NCBI GenBank assembly: GCA_018902845.1
Contig: JAHIPV010000013.1
Span: 18,766-82,765 of the forward strand
DNA: 64,000 nt
Direction: 5' to 3'
Source of the DNA: Patescibacteria group bacterium
GTDB taxonomy: Bacteria; Patescibacteriota; Microgenomatia; UBA12405
Shown: piece by piece, positions 1-7,851 of the stretch
Numbering within the stretch: position 1 is the first letter of the stretch
How the letters are laid out: each line of letters starts with the position of its first letter
Translations under genes and position numbers: made by a program
The notes under the pieces: model-generated
Database searches by the model: none
Told to the model about the DNA's origin: nothing
Seen by the model: the letters and a program-made list of their open reading frames with translations, nothing else

Positions 1-2
1 AA

Positions 3-281
3 TCTTTTGCCGTTAATGTTTCCCCAGAAAGCTTTGAAGCTGGTGCCATGTGTCTTCGTGCCACTCAGCCACCGCCAGCCACAGTTCAACCAACAGCCAC
101 AGTTCCGGCCCAAATGCCTGTTACCGCCCAACCGACGGCTACAATTCCGGCCCAAATGCCAGTTCAGACACCGGCACCTGTTGTTAACCAAACTCCAATT
201 AGCGCAGTTGAAAAAACCGGTAGTTTTGCCCCAGGCACCAAACCCGGCCAAAACAAACCCAATCCGGTAGGAATGAGTTAA
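3..281 (+). CDS. 3' end of an unknown protein with a Pro/Thr/Gln-rich low-complexity tail (5'-truncated by window)
   Basis: Frame is open from base 3 (SFAVNVSPESFEAGAMCLRATQPP...) to TAA 281; internal repeat QPTAT(V/I)PAQMPV x2. Confidence 0.6.
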   Translation, partial: SFAVNVSPESFEAGAMCLRATQPPPATVQPTATVPAQMPVTAQPTATIPAQMPVQTPAPVVNQTPISAVEKTGSFAPGTKPGQNKPNPVGMS

Positions 282-299
282 TAAATTAATTTTTTTCTG

Positions 300-308
300 T
301 GTTATACT
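300..308 (+). promoter_or_regulatory. Extended -10 promoter of rpsO
   Basis: TG-T-TATACT at 300-308, about 160 nt upstream of the rpsO ATG. Confidence 0.5.
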
Positions 309-357
309 ACTCCCATACTATTAAGTCAGTTTTTGTGGGCGCCACCCCACAGCCTTA

Positions 358-384
358 TGTCATTCTGAACGAAGTGAAGAATCT
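358..384 (+). repeat. CGTC-type palindromic repeat copy
   Basis: TGTCATTCTGAACGAAGTGAAGAATCT; matches the consensus YGTCATYCYGA-N-GARGRATC seen about 12 times in the window. Confidence 0.8.
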
Positions 385-469
385 AGGCACGAAGTGCCGT
401 TTTTTTTACATTAAGTTCTAAATAACATATACATTTTATTATTTTTTAACTGATAAATAGTTGTAAACT

Positions 470-739
470 ATGGCACTAAGCACAGAAGAAAAACAAGAAA
501 TAATTGTAAAATTCGCCCAAGTTAAAGGTGATACCGGTTCTCCCGAAATCCAGATTGCGCTCTTATCTTTTGAGATTGAAAAACTACAAAAGCATTTGGG
601 AGAAAACAAACATGATTATCCCGGTAAAAGAGGGTTATTAACCAAAATTGCCAAAAGACGCAGACTACTCCGTTACTTAACCAAGCACGAAGTGGAAAGA
701 TACAAAAAACTAATCAAGAAATTAGGTTTAAAGAAATAA
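470..739 (+). CDS. rpsO: 30S ribosomal protein S15
   Basis: DTGSPEIQIALL...KHD..KRGLL..RRRLLRYL motifs; followed by pnp. Confidence 0.97.
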   Translation: MALSTEEKQEIIVKFAQVKGDTGSPEIQIALLSFEIEKLQKHLGENKHDYPGKRGLLTKIAKRRRLLRYLTKHEVERYKKLIKKLGLKK

Positions 740-776
740 TTTCAGTACTAACTTGGTTCTGATTTACGCCAACACC

Positions 777-804
777 AGATTCTTCGTTTACACTTAGGAT
801 GACG
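777..804 (-). repeat. CGTC-type palindromic repeat copy (inverted)
   Basis: Reverse complement reads CGTCATCCTAAGTGTAAACGAAGAATCT. Confidence 0.75.
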
Positions 805-846
805 CTATAATCTAAACAGTCATTAAAAAATATAATTTAAAAAACA

Positions 847-3102
847 ATGAAAACACACAAGAAAGAAATAAAAATAGAAAACAAAACAATTACCATTGAA
901 AGCGGTAAACTAGCTCCTCAAGCCAACGCCTCTGTCACGGCCACTATGGGCAAAACAGTTGTTTTGGCCACGGTTGTTATGGGTTCGGTTGACGAGCACA
1001 AAGATTATTTTCCCCTTTCTGTTCAACTAGTAAACAGACTTTATGCCGGAGGCGTGGTAAAAGGCAGTCGTTGGATCAAAAGAGACATGTATGCTTCAGA
1101 TAATGACACTTTATCAGCCAGGATTATAGACAGAAGCATCAGACCTCTTTTTCCCCAAGGCTTCAAAAACGATATTCAAGTCGTTGTAACCGTTTTAAGC
1201 AATGACAAGGAAACTGATTTTGTTATTCCCGCTTTTATGGCAGTTTCTACTGCTCTTTTGATATCAGATATTCCATTCAACGGTCCGGTTTCAGCCATAA
1301 GAATTTTTAAAGACAAAGATAAGCTTCTCTCTTGTCCGTCTGTAATTCAACTAGACCAGTCGGATTTGGATCTAATAGTTTGTACTGGCCCCGCCGGTGT
1401 TAACATGATCGAGGCCGGTGCCAAAATTGTTGATAACAAAACCATGCTTGGCGCCATTAAACTTGCCAAAAATCTTGGTGAAAATATAAACAAGCAATTA
1501 GTAGAATTCGCCCAACCAATTGCCAAGAAAAAAGCCGAATTCATCCCAGTCTTACCTTCAGAAGACTTAATTAAGCAAATCACTCCTATTCTAAAAAAAG
1601 ATATAAATGATTTCTTTGACAATGGCGGAGATATCAATTCTTTTTCAGCTAAACAAAAAATTATTGACAAGGCCAAAGAAACTTATCTGGACAAAATCAA
1701 ATCAGGAGAAGTTAATGAAAATTTGCTTGTTCATGCAGTCGAGCATCTACTTGAAAAACAGCTTAGAGTAAATGTATTTAACGGTAAACGCTTCGATTCT
1801 CGTCAAGCAGATAAAATTAGGCCATTGGAGATTGACACCTCTATTTTGCCCTGTACTCACGGTTCCGCTATGTTTAAGCGTGGTTTGACCCAGGTTGTTA
1901 CCGTCAGTACCTTAAGTCCATTGTCGGAAAAACTCCACATGGAAGATTCCGGCGGTGAAGGTACAAAACGTTACATGCACTATTATTCAGCCATGCCCTT
2001 TTCAACCGGCCAAACCGGTAGAATTGGCCGTCCTGGTCGCAGAGAAGTTGGTCATGGAGCCTTGGCCGAAAAAGCTTTACTACCAGTCATACCCTCTGAG
2101 GAAGAATTTCCTTATACCATAATCTTAACCTCAGAAATAATGTCACAAAACGGATCTTCTTCTATGGCTTCCACCTGTGGCTCTACCATGTCATTGATGG
2201 ATGCTGGTGTTCCAATAAAAGATAAAGTTGCTGGAATTTCTATTGGAATGATTAGTAATGGAGATAAAAAATTCACTCTTTTAACAGACATTGCCGGAAT
2301 TGAAGACCATTTTGGTGATATGGATTTTAAGATTACCGGTACAAAAACAGGCATTACCGCTATTCAGCTTGATATCAAAAGACAAGGCTTAACAATGGAA
2401 ATGATCGAAAAAACCTTTGAAGCCAGTACAAAAGCCAGGCTTGAAATTCTAAAACAAATGGAAGCAGTTTTGTCAGAACCAAGAAAGGAGTTGTCTGTTT
2501 ATGCTCCCAAGGTTGCCATGCTCAAAATTCCAGAAGACAAAATTGGAGATGTTATTGGTTCAGCCGGTAAAACAATCAAAGGCTTAATGAAAAAATATGG
2601 CGTTCAAGTGGATATAGATGATGATGGTATTGCCTCTGTTTCTTCTGATTCTTTCGACAAAACCAACCAATGTATTAAGGAAATCGAGGCCATGATTAAA
2701 GAAGTTGAGATTGGCGAAGAATACGATGGCATAGTTACTCGAATAGAGGATTATGGTGCTTTTGTTGAATTTTTACCCGGAAGAGAAGCCTTATTGCATG
2801 TTTCTGAATTGAGCCAAGGTTTTGTTTCTGATCCAAACGCTTTAGTAAAAATTGGAGATAAAATTCATATTAAAATAAGCGGGTTTAATGATAATCATCA
2901 GATTAAACTATCAGCTCCCCAGTTTAAAGCAGCTCACCCAGGATCCAGCCAGGGATTAAGTCAGCCTCACGGCCGTTTTAGTGGAAGAACTATTCCTGAT
3001 CAACAATCAAAATTTTTTCCACCAACCAATAAATCCAATTTTAGGAAACCGCCCCTTCGGTCCAACACCAACCGCATTCAATACAAAAATAATAAGTATT
3101 AA
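847..3102 (+). CDS. pnp: Polyribonucleotide nucleotidyltransferase (PNPase)
   Basis: Two RNase PH domains (RIIDRSIRPLFP; RREVGHG; NGSSSMAS; EDHFGDMDFK), KH and S1 domains, low-complexity tail. Confidence 0.97.
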   Translation: MKTHKKEIKIENKTITIESGKLAPQANASVTATMGKTVVLATVVMGSVDEHKDYFPLSVQLVNRLYAGGVVKGSRWIKRDMYASDNDTLSARIIDRSIRPLFPQGFKNDIQVVVTVLSNDKETDFVIPAFMAVSTALLISDIPFNGPVSAIRIFKDKDKLLSCPSVIQLDQSDLDLIVCTGPAGVNMIEAGAKIVDNKTMLGAIKLAKNLGENINKQLVEFAQPIAKKKAEFIPVLPSEDLIKQITPILKKDINDFFDNGGDINSFSAKQKIIDKAKETYLDKIKSGEVNENLLVHAVEHLLEKQLRVNVFNGKRFDSRQADKIRPLEIDTSILPCTHGSAMFKRGLTQVVTVSTLSPLSEKLHMEDSGGEGTKRYMHYYSAMPFSTGQTGRIGRPGRREVGHGALAEKALLPVIPSEEEFPYTIILTSEIMSQNGSSSMASTCGSTMSLMDAGVPIKDKVAGISIGMISNGDKKFTLLTDIAGIEDHFGDMDFKITGTKTGITAIQLDIKRQGLTMEMIEKTFEASTKARLEILKQMEAVLSEPRKELSVYAPKVAMLKIPEDKIGDVIGSAGKTIKGLMKKYGVQVDIDDDGIASVSSDSFDKTNQCIKEIEAMIKEVEIGEEYDGIVTRIEDYGAFVEFLPGREALLHVSELSQGFVSDPNALVKIGDKIHIKISGFNDNHQIKLSAPQFKAAHPGSSQGLSQPHGRFSGRTIPDQQSKFFPPTNKSNFRKPPLRSNTNRIQYKNNKY

Positions 3103-3153
3103 TGTCATCCCGAGCGTAGTCCTTTTGTCATCCCGAGCGTAGCCGAGGGATCT
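3103..3153 (+). repeat. CGTC-type repeat: truncated copy plus full copy
   Basis: TGTCATCCCGAGCGTAG at 3103-3119 is repeated at 3126, where it continues CCGAGGGATCT. Confidence 0.8.
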
Positions 3154-3182
3154 CTCGCGAATGCGAGGTATCCGCCTCGTCT

Positions 3183-3210
3183 TTGACAAATCTATCCTGT
3201 AGTATATAAT
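3183..3210 (+). promoter_or_regulatory. Sigma70 promoter, leaderless-type, for the ORF at 3217
   Basis: TTGACA-16 nt-TATAAT-6 nt-ATG. Confidence 0.7.
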
Positions 3211-3216
3211 ATTCCT

Positions 3217-3705
3217 ATGCCTACTGGAAAATTTAATGAAGGAAACTGTGTTTTTAGAGCCTTGGAAAATATTTATGAAAATGCGGGACACAACATGGAG
3301 CCAAGAAGTAGTATGCGAACTATCTTAATTCAGGTTTGTCAAAGAAATGTAGGCCCAAATGGCGGTGTCTCAGCGGGGAACGTTACAGTAGAACTTTCAG
3401 AACAAGGATTGACGGTTGGGCCGGTATATGTTCGAGAGTATAAACCCGAAAAACGAAAATGCAAAAAAACAATAGCCCTACAATTACGCCAAGATTTAGC
3501 CAAAGGAGCTCACTTGATGATTACACTAGTACACCCCAAAGGTCCAGTGGGACACGCAGAGCCATTATTTCCATCTGGTGGTCTACTGCCTAGAGATAAA
3601 AGAGAAACAATAAGAATGGCGGCCATGTCACTTAGAAAATATGGAGGTGAAGCACTTTCTTTTCGTCCAATCCAACCCGAAAAAGGAGAAAAGAAGAAAA
3701 GATAA
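3217..3705 (+). CDS. Hypothetical protein (orphan-like, basic)
   Basis: 162-aa ORF filling the gap, directly behind a consensus promoter; no motif recognised. Confidence 0.6.
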   Translation: MPTGKFNEGNCVFRALENIYENAGHNMEPRSSMRTILIQVCQRNVGPNGGVSAGNVTVELSEQGLTVGPVYVREYKPEKRKCKKTIALQLRQDLAKGAHLMITLVHPKGPVGHAEPLFPSGGLLPRDKRETIRMAAMSLRKYGGEALSFRPIQPEKGEKKKR

Positions 3706-3726
3706 AAATAAGCTATACTTTTCTTA

Positions 3727-4788
3727 ATGCCTACTACTAACTCCGAAATAACTCAAGCCATAGAAACACTAGTTGCCAAAACAAAAAGCATCAGGCTCCC
3801 CGACGAGTTACAGAACAAATTAAACGAAATTTTTTCTCACTTAAAAATTTCTTCCAAATCAGAAGACACTTTTTGGCAAAATTATCAAAAAACCTCCAAA
3901 TACATTGAGTGGATTATTGGCCTCCCTTGGTTTAAAGAATCTCAGGATATATTGGATCTTGATTATGCCAGAGAAAAACTTGATGAAAGCCATTACGGCC
4001 TTTCTGAAGTCAAAGAAAGAATACTGGAGCATATTTCTGTTTTGGCTTTGCAAAAAAACCGCCATCCCGATCAAAATCTTCGAGCCCCAATTTTACTTTT
4101 TGTCGGTTTGGTCGGTACAGGCAAAACCACCATGGCTAAGTCCATCGCCACTGTTTTTAACAGAAAATTAATCCGTATTCCCTTTGGAGGCCTTGGAGAT
4201 CCCCTTTACTTAAGGGGCCAATCGCGAGTTCATCCAGAAGCAGAACCAGGCCAAATCATAAAAGGATTAAGAAACGTTGGTGTCAAAAATCCGGTTATTC
4301 TTTTAGACGAAATCGACCGTGTTGCCGACGACGCCTTAAATACCATCATGGGGGTTTTGGTTGAGTTGTTGGATCCTGAACAAAATAGCCGTTTTTCAGA
4401 TCATTTTATTGAATATCCCTTTGATTTATCTCAGGTCTTTTTTGTTGCCACTTGCAATAACACAAAAAGAATTGCCACTGCCGTTTTGGACAGATTAGAA
4501 GTAATTCAAATGCCTTCTTACACTGATGAAGAAAAAATTGCCATTGGTCGCGATTATCTCTTCCCATCTGCCCTTAAAGAATCTGGTCTGAGTAATGATG
4601 AATTGCAAATAAAAGATGCTATCTGGCCTCAAGTGGTTCGCCCTCTTGGCTTTGATGCCGGAGTCAGAACCCTAAAAAGAAACATAGAACGCCTTTGCCA
4701 AAAAACCGCTCGTCTTATATTTGAAGGTAAAATTAAGTCGTTGGTAGTAGATGAATCTAATGTCAAGGAATTCCTACCCAAATGGTAA
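3727..4788 (+). CDS. Lon-family AAA+ ATPase module without N-terminal or protease domain
   Basis: LPW..LDESHYGL.EVKERILE, Walker A GLVGTGKT, NPVILLDEID, LDPEQN..F.DH, DRLEVI, GVRTLKR; ends before the Ser-Lys protease domain. Confidence 0.85.
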   Translation: MPTTNSEITQAIETLVAKTKSIRLPDELQNKLNEIFSHLKISSKSEDTFWQNYQKTSKYIEWIIGLPWFKESQDILDLDYAREKLDESHYGLSEVKERILEHISVLALQKNRHPDQNLRAPILLFVGLVGTGKTTMAKSIATVFNRKLIRIPFGGLGDPLYLRGQSRVHPEAEPGQIIKGLRNVGVKNPVILLDEIDRVADDALNTIMGVLVELLDPEQNSRFSDHFIEYPFDLSQVFFVATCNNTKRIATAVLDRLEVIQMPSYTDEEKIAIGRDYLFPSALKESGLSNDELQIKDAIWPQVVRPLGFDAGVRTLKRNIERLCQKTARLIFEGKIKSLVVDESNVKEFLPKW

Positions 4789-4795
4789 AAAATCT

Positions 4796-5368
4796 ATGTC
4801 CGCCAAAGCTCAAAAACTAAAATATATAGAAAAGCTGATTTCACAATGCCAAAAATGCCAGCTTTACAAAACTGCCACCAACCACGTTCCCGGGTTTGGC
4901 AATCCGGAAGCTGAAATAGTTTTTATTGGTGAAGCTCCTGGCTATCACGAGGATCAGCAGGGTTTGCCTTTTGTTGGCAATTCGGGAAAACTTCTAGATA
5001 AATTATTAGCCAAAATCGGTTTAGTCAGACAAGATGTTTTTGTTTGTAACATTTTAAAACATCGACCGCCCAACAATCGCGATCCGCAACCGCTGGAAAT
5101 TAAAACTTGCACTCCTTTTTTAAAAGCTCAACTGCAAATTATCCGGCCAAAGGTTATAATAACTCTAGGCAGATTTGCCATGAATTACTTTTTTCCGGGC
5201 GAATATATCAGTAAAATAAAAGGCCAGATTAAAAAAATTGATTGGAATAAACTCAAATTAACCATTATTCCTGTTTATCATCCATCAGCCGGTCTCAGAA
5301 ACGGTGCCATGCTCCAGGCCTTAGAGCAGGATTTTCAAACCATTGGCAAATTTTTAGGAAAAATATAA
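4796..5368 (+). CDS. Uracil-DNA glycosylase, family 4
   Basis: CxxC, GEAPG, G.PFVG.SG, RPP.NR.P, YHPS motifs; start set at ATG 4796. Confidence 0.92.
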   Translation: MSAKAQKLKYIEKLISQCQKCQLYKTATNHVPGFGNPEAEIVFIGEAPGYHEDQQGLPFVGNSGKLLDKLLAKIGLVRQDVFVCNILKHRPPNNRDPQPLEIKTCTPFLKAQLQIIRPKVIITLGRFAMNYFFPGEYISKIKGQIKKIDWNKLKLTIIPVYHPSAGLRNGAMLQALEQDFQTIGKFLGKI

Positions 5369-5381
5369 TATTATTAATCAT

Positions 5382-7160
5382 ATGCAAAATATAAAAAATA
5401 CAATAAACACAAATACACAGCCTAATCAAAGGCCACAAACCAAATTTACTCAAACTTTTAGACCAAAAACAGTTCAGAACTCTGATGCACTCAGAATTAC
5501 TTCTCTGGGTGGTTTTGGCGATGTCACTCAAAATATGTTTGTCTACGAATACGCCCCCAGGGGCGATTTTAAAAAAAGTCAAATAATTATCGTTGATTGT
5601 GGAGTTGGTTTCCCCGAAGAAGACGAGTTTGGTGTAGATCTCCAAATTCCTGATACCAAATATCTGGAAGATAAAAAAAACAGGATACTTGGTATTTTTA
5701 TTACTCACGGTCACGAAGATCATATTGGCGCTCTCCGTTTTATTCTTCCCGTCCTTGGAAAAAACATCCCTATTTACGCTCCAAGATTGGCAACCGCGTT
5801 TATACAGGCTAGATTACAAGAACATGAAATTAGGGCCAAAATACAAATCTATCAAGACAATATGCCCATGAAAGCTGGCCCCTTTTTAGTCGATCCGATT
5901 AGAGTTACTCACTCGATTCCCGATACTTTTCATTTTGCCATTAGTACTCCCATCGGTCTCATTTACCATGGATCCGATTTTAAATTCGACCTTTTTCCGC
6001 TAGATGGCAAGTATTCCGATCTTCGTCATATCGCCCGTGTTGGCAACAACAGCAACGTTCTGTGTCTTTTGTCGGATTGTCTTGGTGCTGATCACCCGGG
6101 TTATTCGCCATCCGAAAGAACCATAGCACAAAACTTTGAAAATGAGATCAAGACCGCCAAGGGTAGGGTATTTGTCACTGCTATCTCAAGCAACATTGTT
6201 CGTTGGGGTCAAGCTATAGAATATGGCAAAAGAGCCGGTCGTAAAATAGTTACCGTTGGTTTTTCTGTTGATAGGGCCATTAGTGTGGCACAAGAGCTTG
6301 GTTATATCAAACTTAACAAGTCAGATATTGTCCCCATAAACAGAATCAAAAATTTTCCCGAGAATCAACTAATCTTTTTGGCTGCTGGATTCGCTGGTCA
6401 ATCCAATTCTGCCTTAAGTAAGATGGTTATGGGAAAGCACAGAATAAAAATTAAATCCAGTGACAAAATTATTTTTTCTGCCCCTGATTATATCCCTGGC
6501 ACCTCCAGTGCTATTTTAAAGATAGTTGACCACCTTTCTAAAATGGGAGCAGAAGTAGTTTATGGGGAGGGAGAAAATATGCATGTTTCTGGTCACGGCT
6601 ATCAAAAAGAATATGCCCTGTTAGCAACCCTTCTCAACTCTAGATACTTGCTTCCAATTGGTGGAAATTACCGCCATGTCAGGGCCTATCAAGGCATGGC
6701 TCTAGATATCGGTTATTCCGCCGATCAATTTATTTCGCCAGATTCAGATGCATCGGTCACTTTTTACGCCAACGGAAAATACGATACCAACCATCACATT
6801 TCTTCAAGAAAAATACTCATCGACGGATTCGGCGTCGGCGATGTTGGAACTACAGTTCTTCGGGATAGACGGCTTTTGGCAGAAGACGGCATGCTTTCTG
6901 TGGTGCTTCTAGTTGATACAAAATCAGCCAGAATGATCAAAGAGCCTTTAGTTTTAAGCAAAGGCTTTGTCTTTATGAAAGAAAACACTCCTCTTATAAA
7001 TCAGCTTAAGCAGGAAGTAAAAAAGAAATTCTCGCAGGTAGCTGGCGATCCCATCAATCTGGATTATGTTCGCGAACAAATCCAAGGCCATTTGGAACAA
7101 ATTGTCTACAAAAAAACCGGCCGTCAGCCCATGATCCTGCCCTTGCTAGTTGAGGTATAA
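5382..7160 (+). CDS. rnj: Ribonuclease J
   Basis: LGG, DCG, THGHEDHIG, HSIPD, DFK, HVSGHG and GR.PMILP motifs. Confidence 0.95.
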   Translation: MQNIKNTINTNTQPNQRPQTKFTQTFRPKTVQNSDALRITSLGGFGDVTQNMFVYEYAPRGDFKKSQIIIVDCGVGFPEEDEFGVDLQIPDTKYLEDKKNRILGIFITHGHEDHIGALRFILPVLGKNIPIYAPRLATAFIQARLQEHEIRAKIQIYQDNMPMKAGPFLVDPIRVTHSIPDTFHFAISTPIGLIYHGSDFKFDLFPLDGKYSDLRHIARVGNNSNVLCLLSDCLGADHPGYSPSERTIAQNFENEIKTAKGRVFVTAISSNIVRWGQAIEYGKRAGRKIVTVGFSVDRAISVAQELGYIKLNKSDIVPINRIKNFPENQLIFLAAGFAGQSNSALSKMVMGKHRIKIKSSDKIIFSAPDYIPGTSSAILKIVDHLSKMGAEVVYGEGENMHVSGHGYQKEYALLATLLNSRYLLPIGGNYRHVRAYQGMALDIGYSADQFISPDSDASVTFYANGKYDTNHHISSRKILIDGFGVGDVGTTVLRDRRLLAEDGMLSVVLLVDTKSARMIKEPLVLSKGFVFMKENTPLINQLKQEVKKKFSQVAGDPINLDYVREQIQGHLEQIVYKKTGRQPMILPLLVEV

Positions 7161-7175
7161 AATTCCCAAAAAGTA

Positions 7176-7204
7176 TTGACAATGTTATCTAAACACACTA
7201 CAAT
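7176..7204 (+). promoter_or_regulatory. Sigma70 promoter of the TA operon, leaderless-type
   Basis: TTGACA-17 nt-TACAAT-6 nt-ATG; the palindrome ATTGACAAT overlaps the -35 and may be an operator. Confidence 0.7.
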
Positions 7205-7210
7205 ATATAC

Positions 7211-7528
7211 ATGCTGTCAACACAAAGTACCAAAAAACAAACAGATTACCTGCAAGTTCGTCTTGATTCTAAGTTAAAACATGAAGTTACTGATATCCTT
7301 TACCAGCTCGGCATGACACCTTCTCAAGCGGTAAAAATTTTGTTTAGCCAAATTAGCATGCAAAAAGCCCTCCCTCTTGATATTTCAATCCCAACTGAAA
7401 GAATAGAAATACTTTCAGACAAAACAGTAAAAGAAGTGGGGCAAGCTTTAAAAGAAATAGGAGAAGGCGAATATACAGAGATTGACATGAGTGATAAGAA
7501 ACAAGTTAAGAAATTTTTTGGTCTTTAA
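7211..7528 (+). CDS. RelB/DinJ-family antitoxin
   Basis: RHH-like LQVRLD..LK.....L..LGMT.S.A...LF.QI.....LP.DI; acidic C-terminus; 1-nt overlap with the toxin. Confidence 0.85.
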   Translation: MLSTQSTKKQTDYLQVRLDSKLKHEVTDILYQLGMTPSQAVKILFSQISMQKALPLDISIPTERIEILSDKTVKEVGQALKEIGEGEYTEIDMSDKKQVKKFFGL

Positions 7529-7830
7529 TGTTGACATTAAAACATAATCTTCGATTTACAAAGACCTATATCAGGAAATACAAAAAACTAACTAAAAACA
7601 ATAAAAAACTCAAGAAACAAATTTCTAAAACCTTAGAATTACTGTCCTCTGATCCCCGAAATCCAAGCCTAAAATCACACAAAGTATATGCAAAAGAATT
7701 TGGTTTAAGATTGAGTTCTTCGGTCTCAGCAGATCTAAGAGTAATCTGGGATTATGATCAAAACAGTCAATTGATTATTTTGATACTAACCATCGGTACT
7801 CACTCAGGCAAAAATAGGGTCTACAATTAG
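7528..7830 (+). CDS. YafQ/RelE-family mRNA interferase toxin
   Basis: Basic 100 aa; T..Y.RKYKKL, P.LKSH, DLRVIW, IGTHS C-terminal motif. Confidence 0.82.
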   Translation: MLTLKHNLRFTKTYIRKYKKLTKNNKKLKKQISKTLELLSSDPRNPSLKSHKVYAKEFGLRLSSSVSADLRVIWDYDQNSQLIILILTIGTHSGKNRVYN

Positions 7831-7851
7831 TAATTGAGGTATAATTACTCC

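Noticed and set aside
195-281. VEKTG near the end of the first ORF as a sortase LPxTG signal
   Set aside because: No following hydrophobic helix or basic tail
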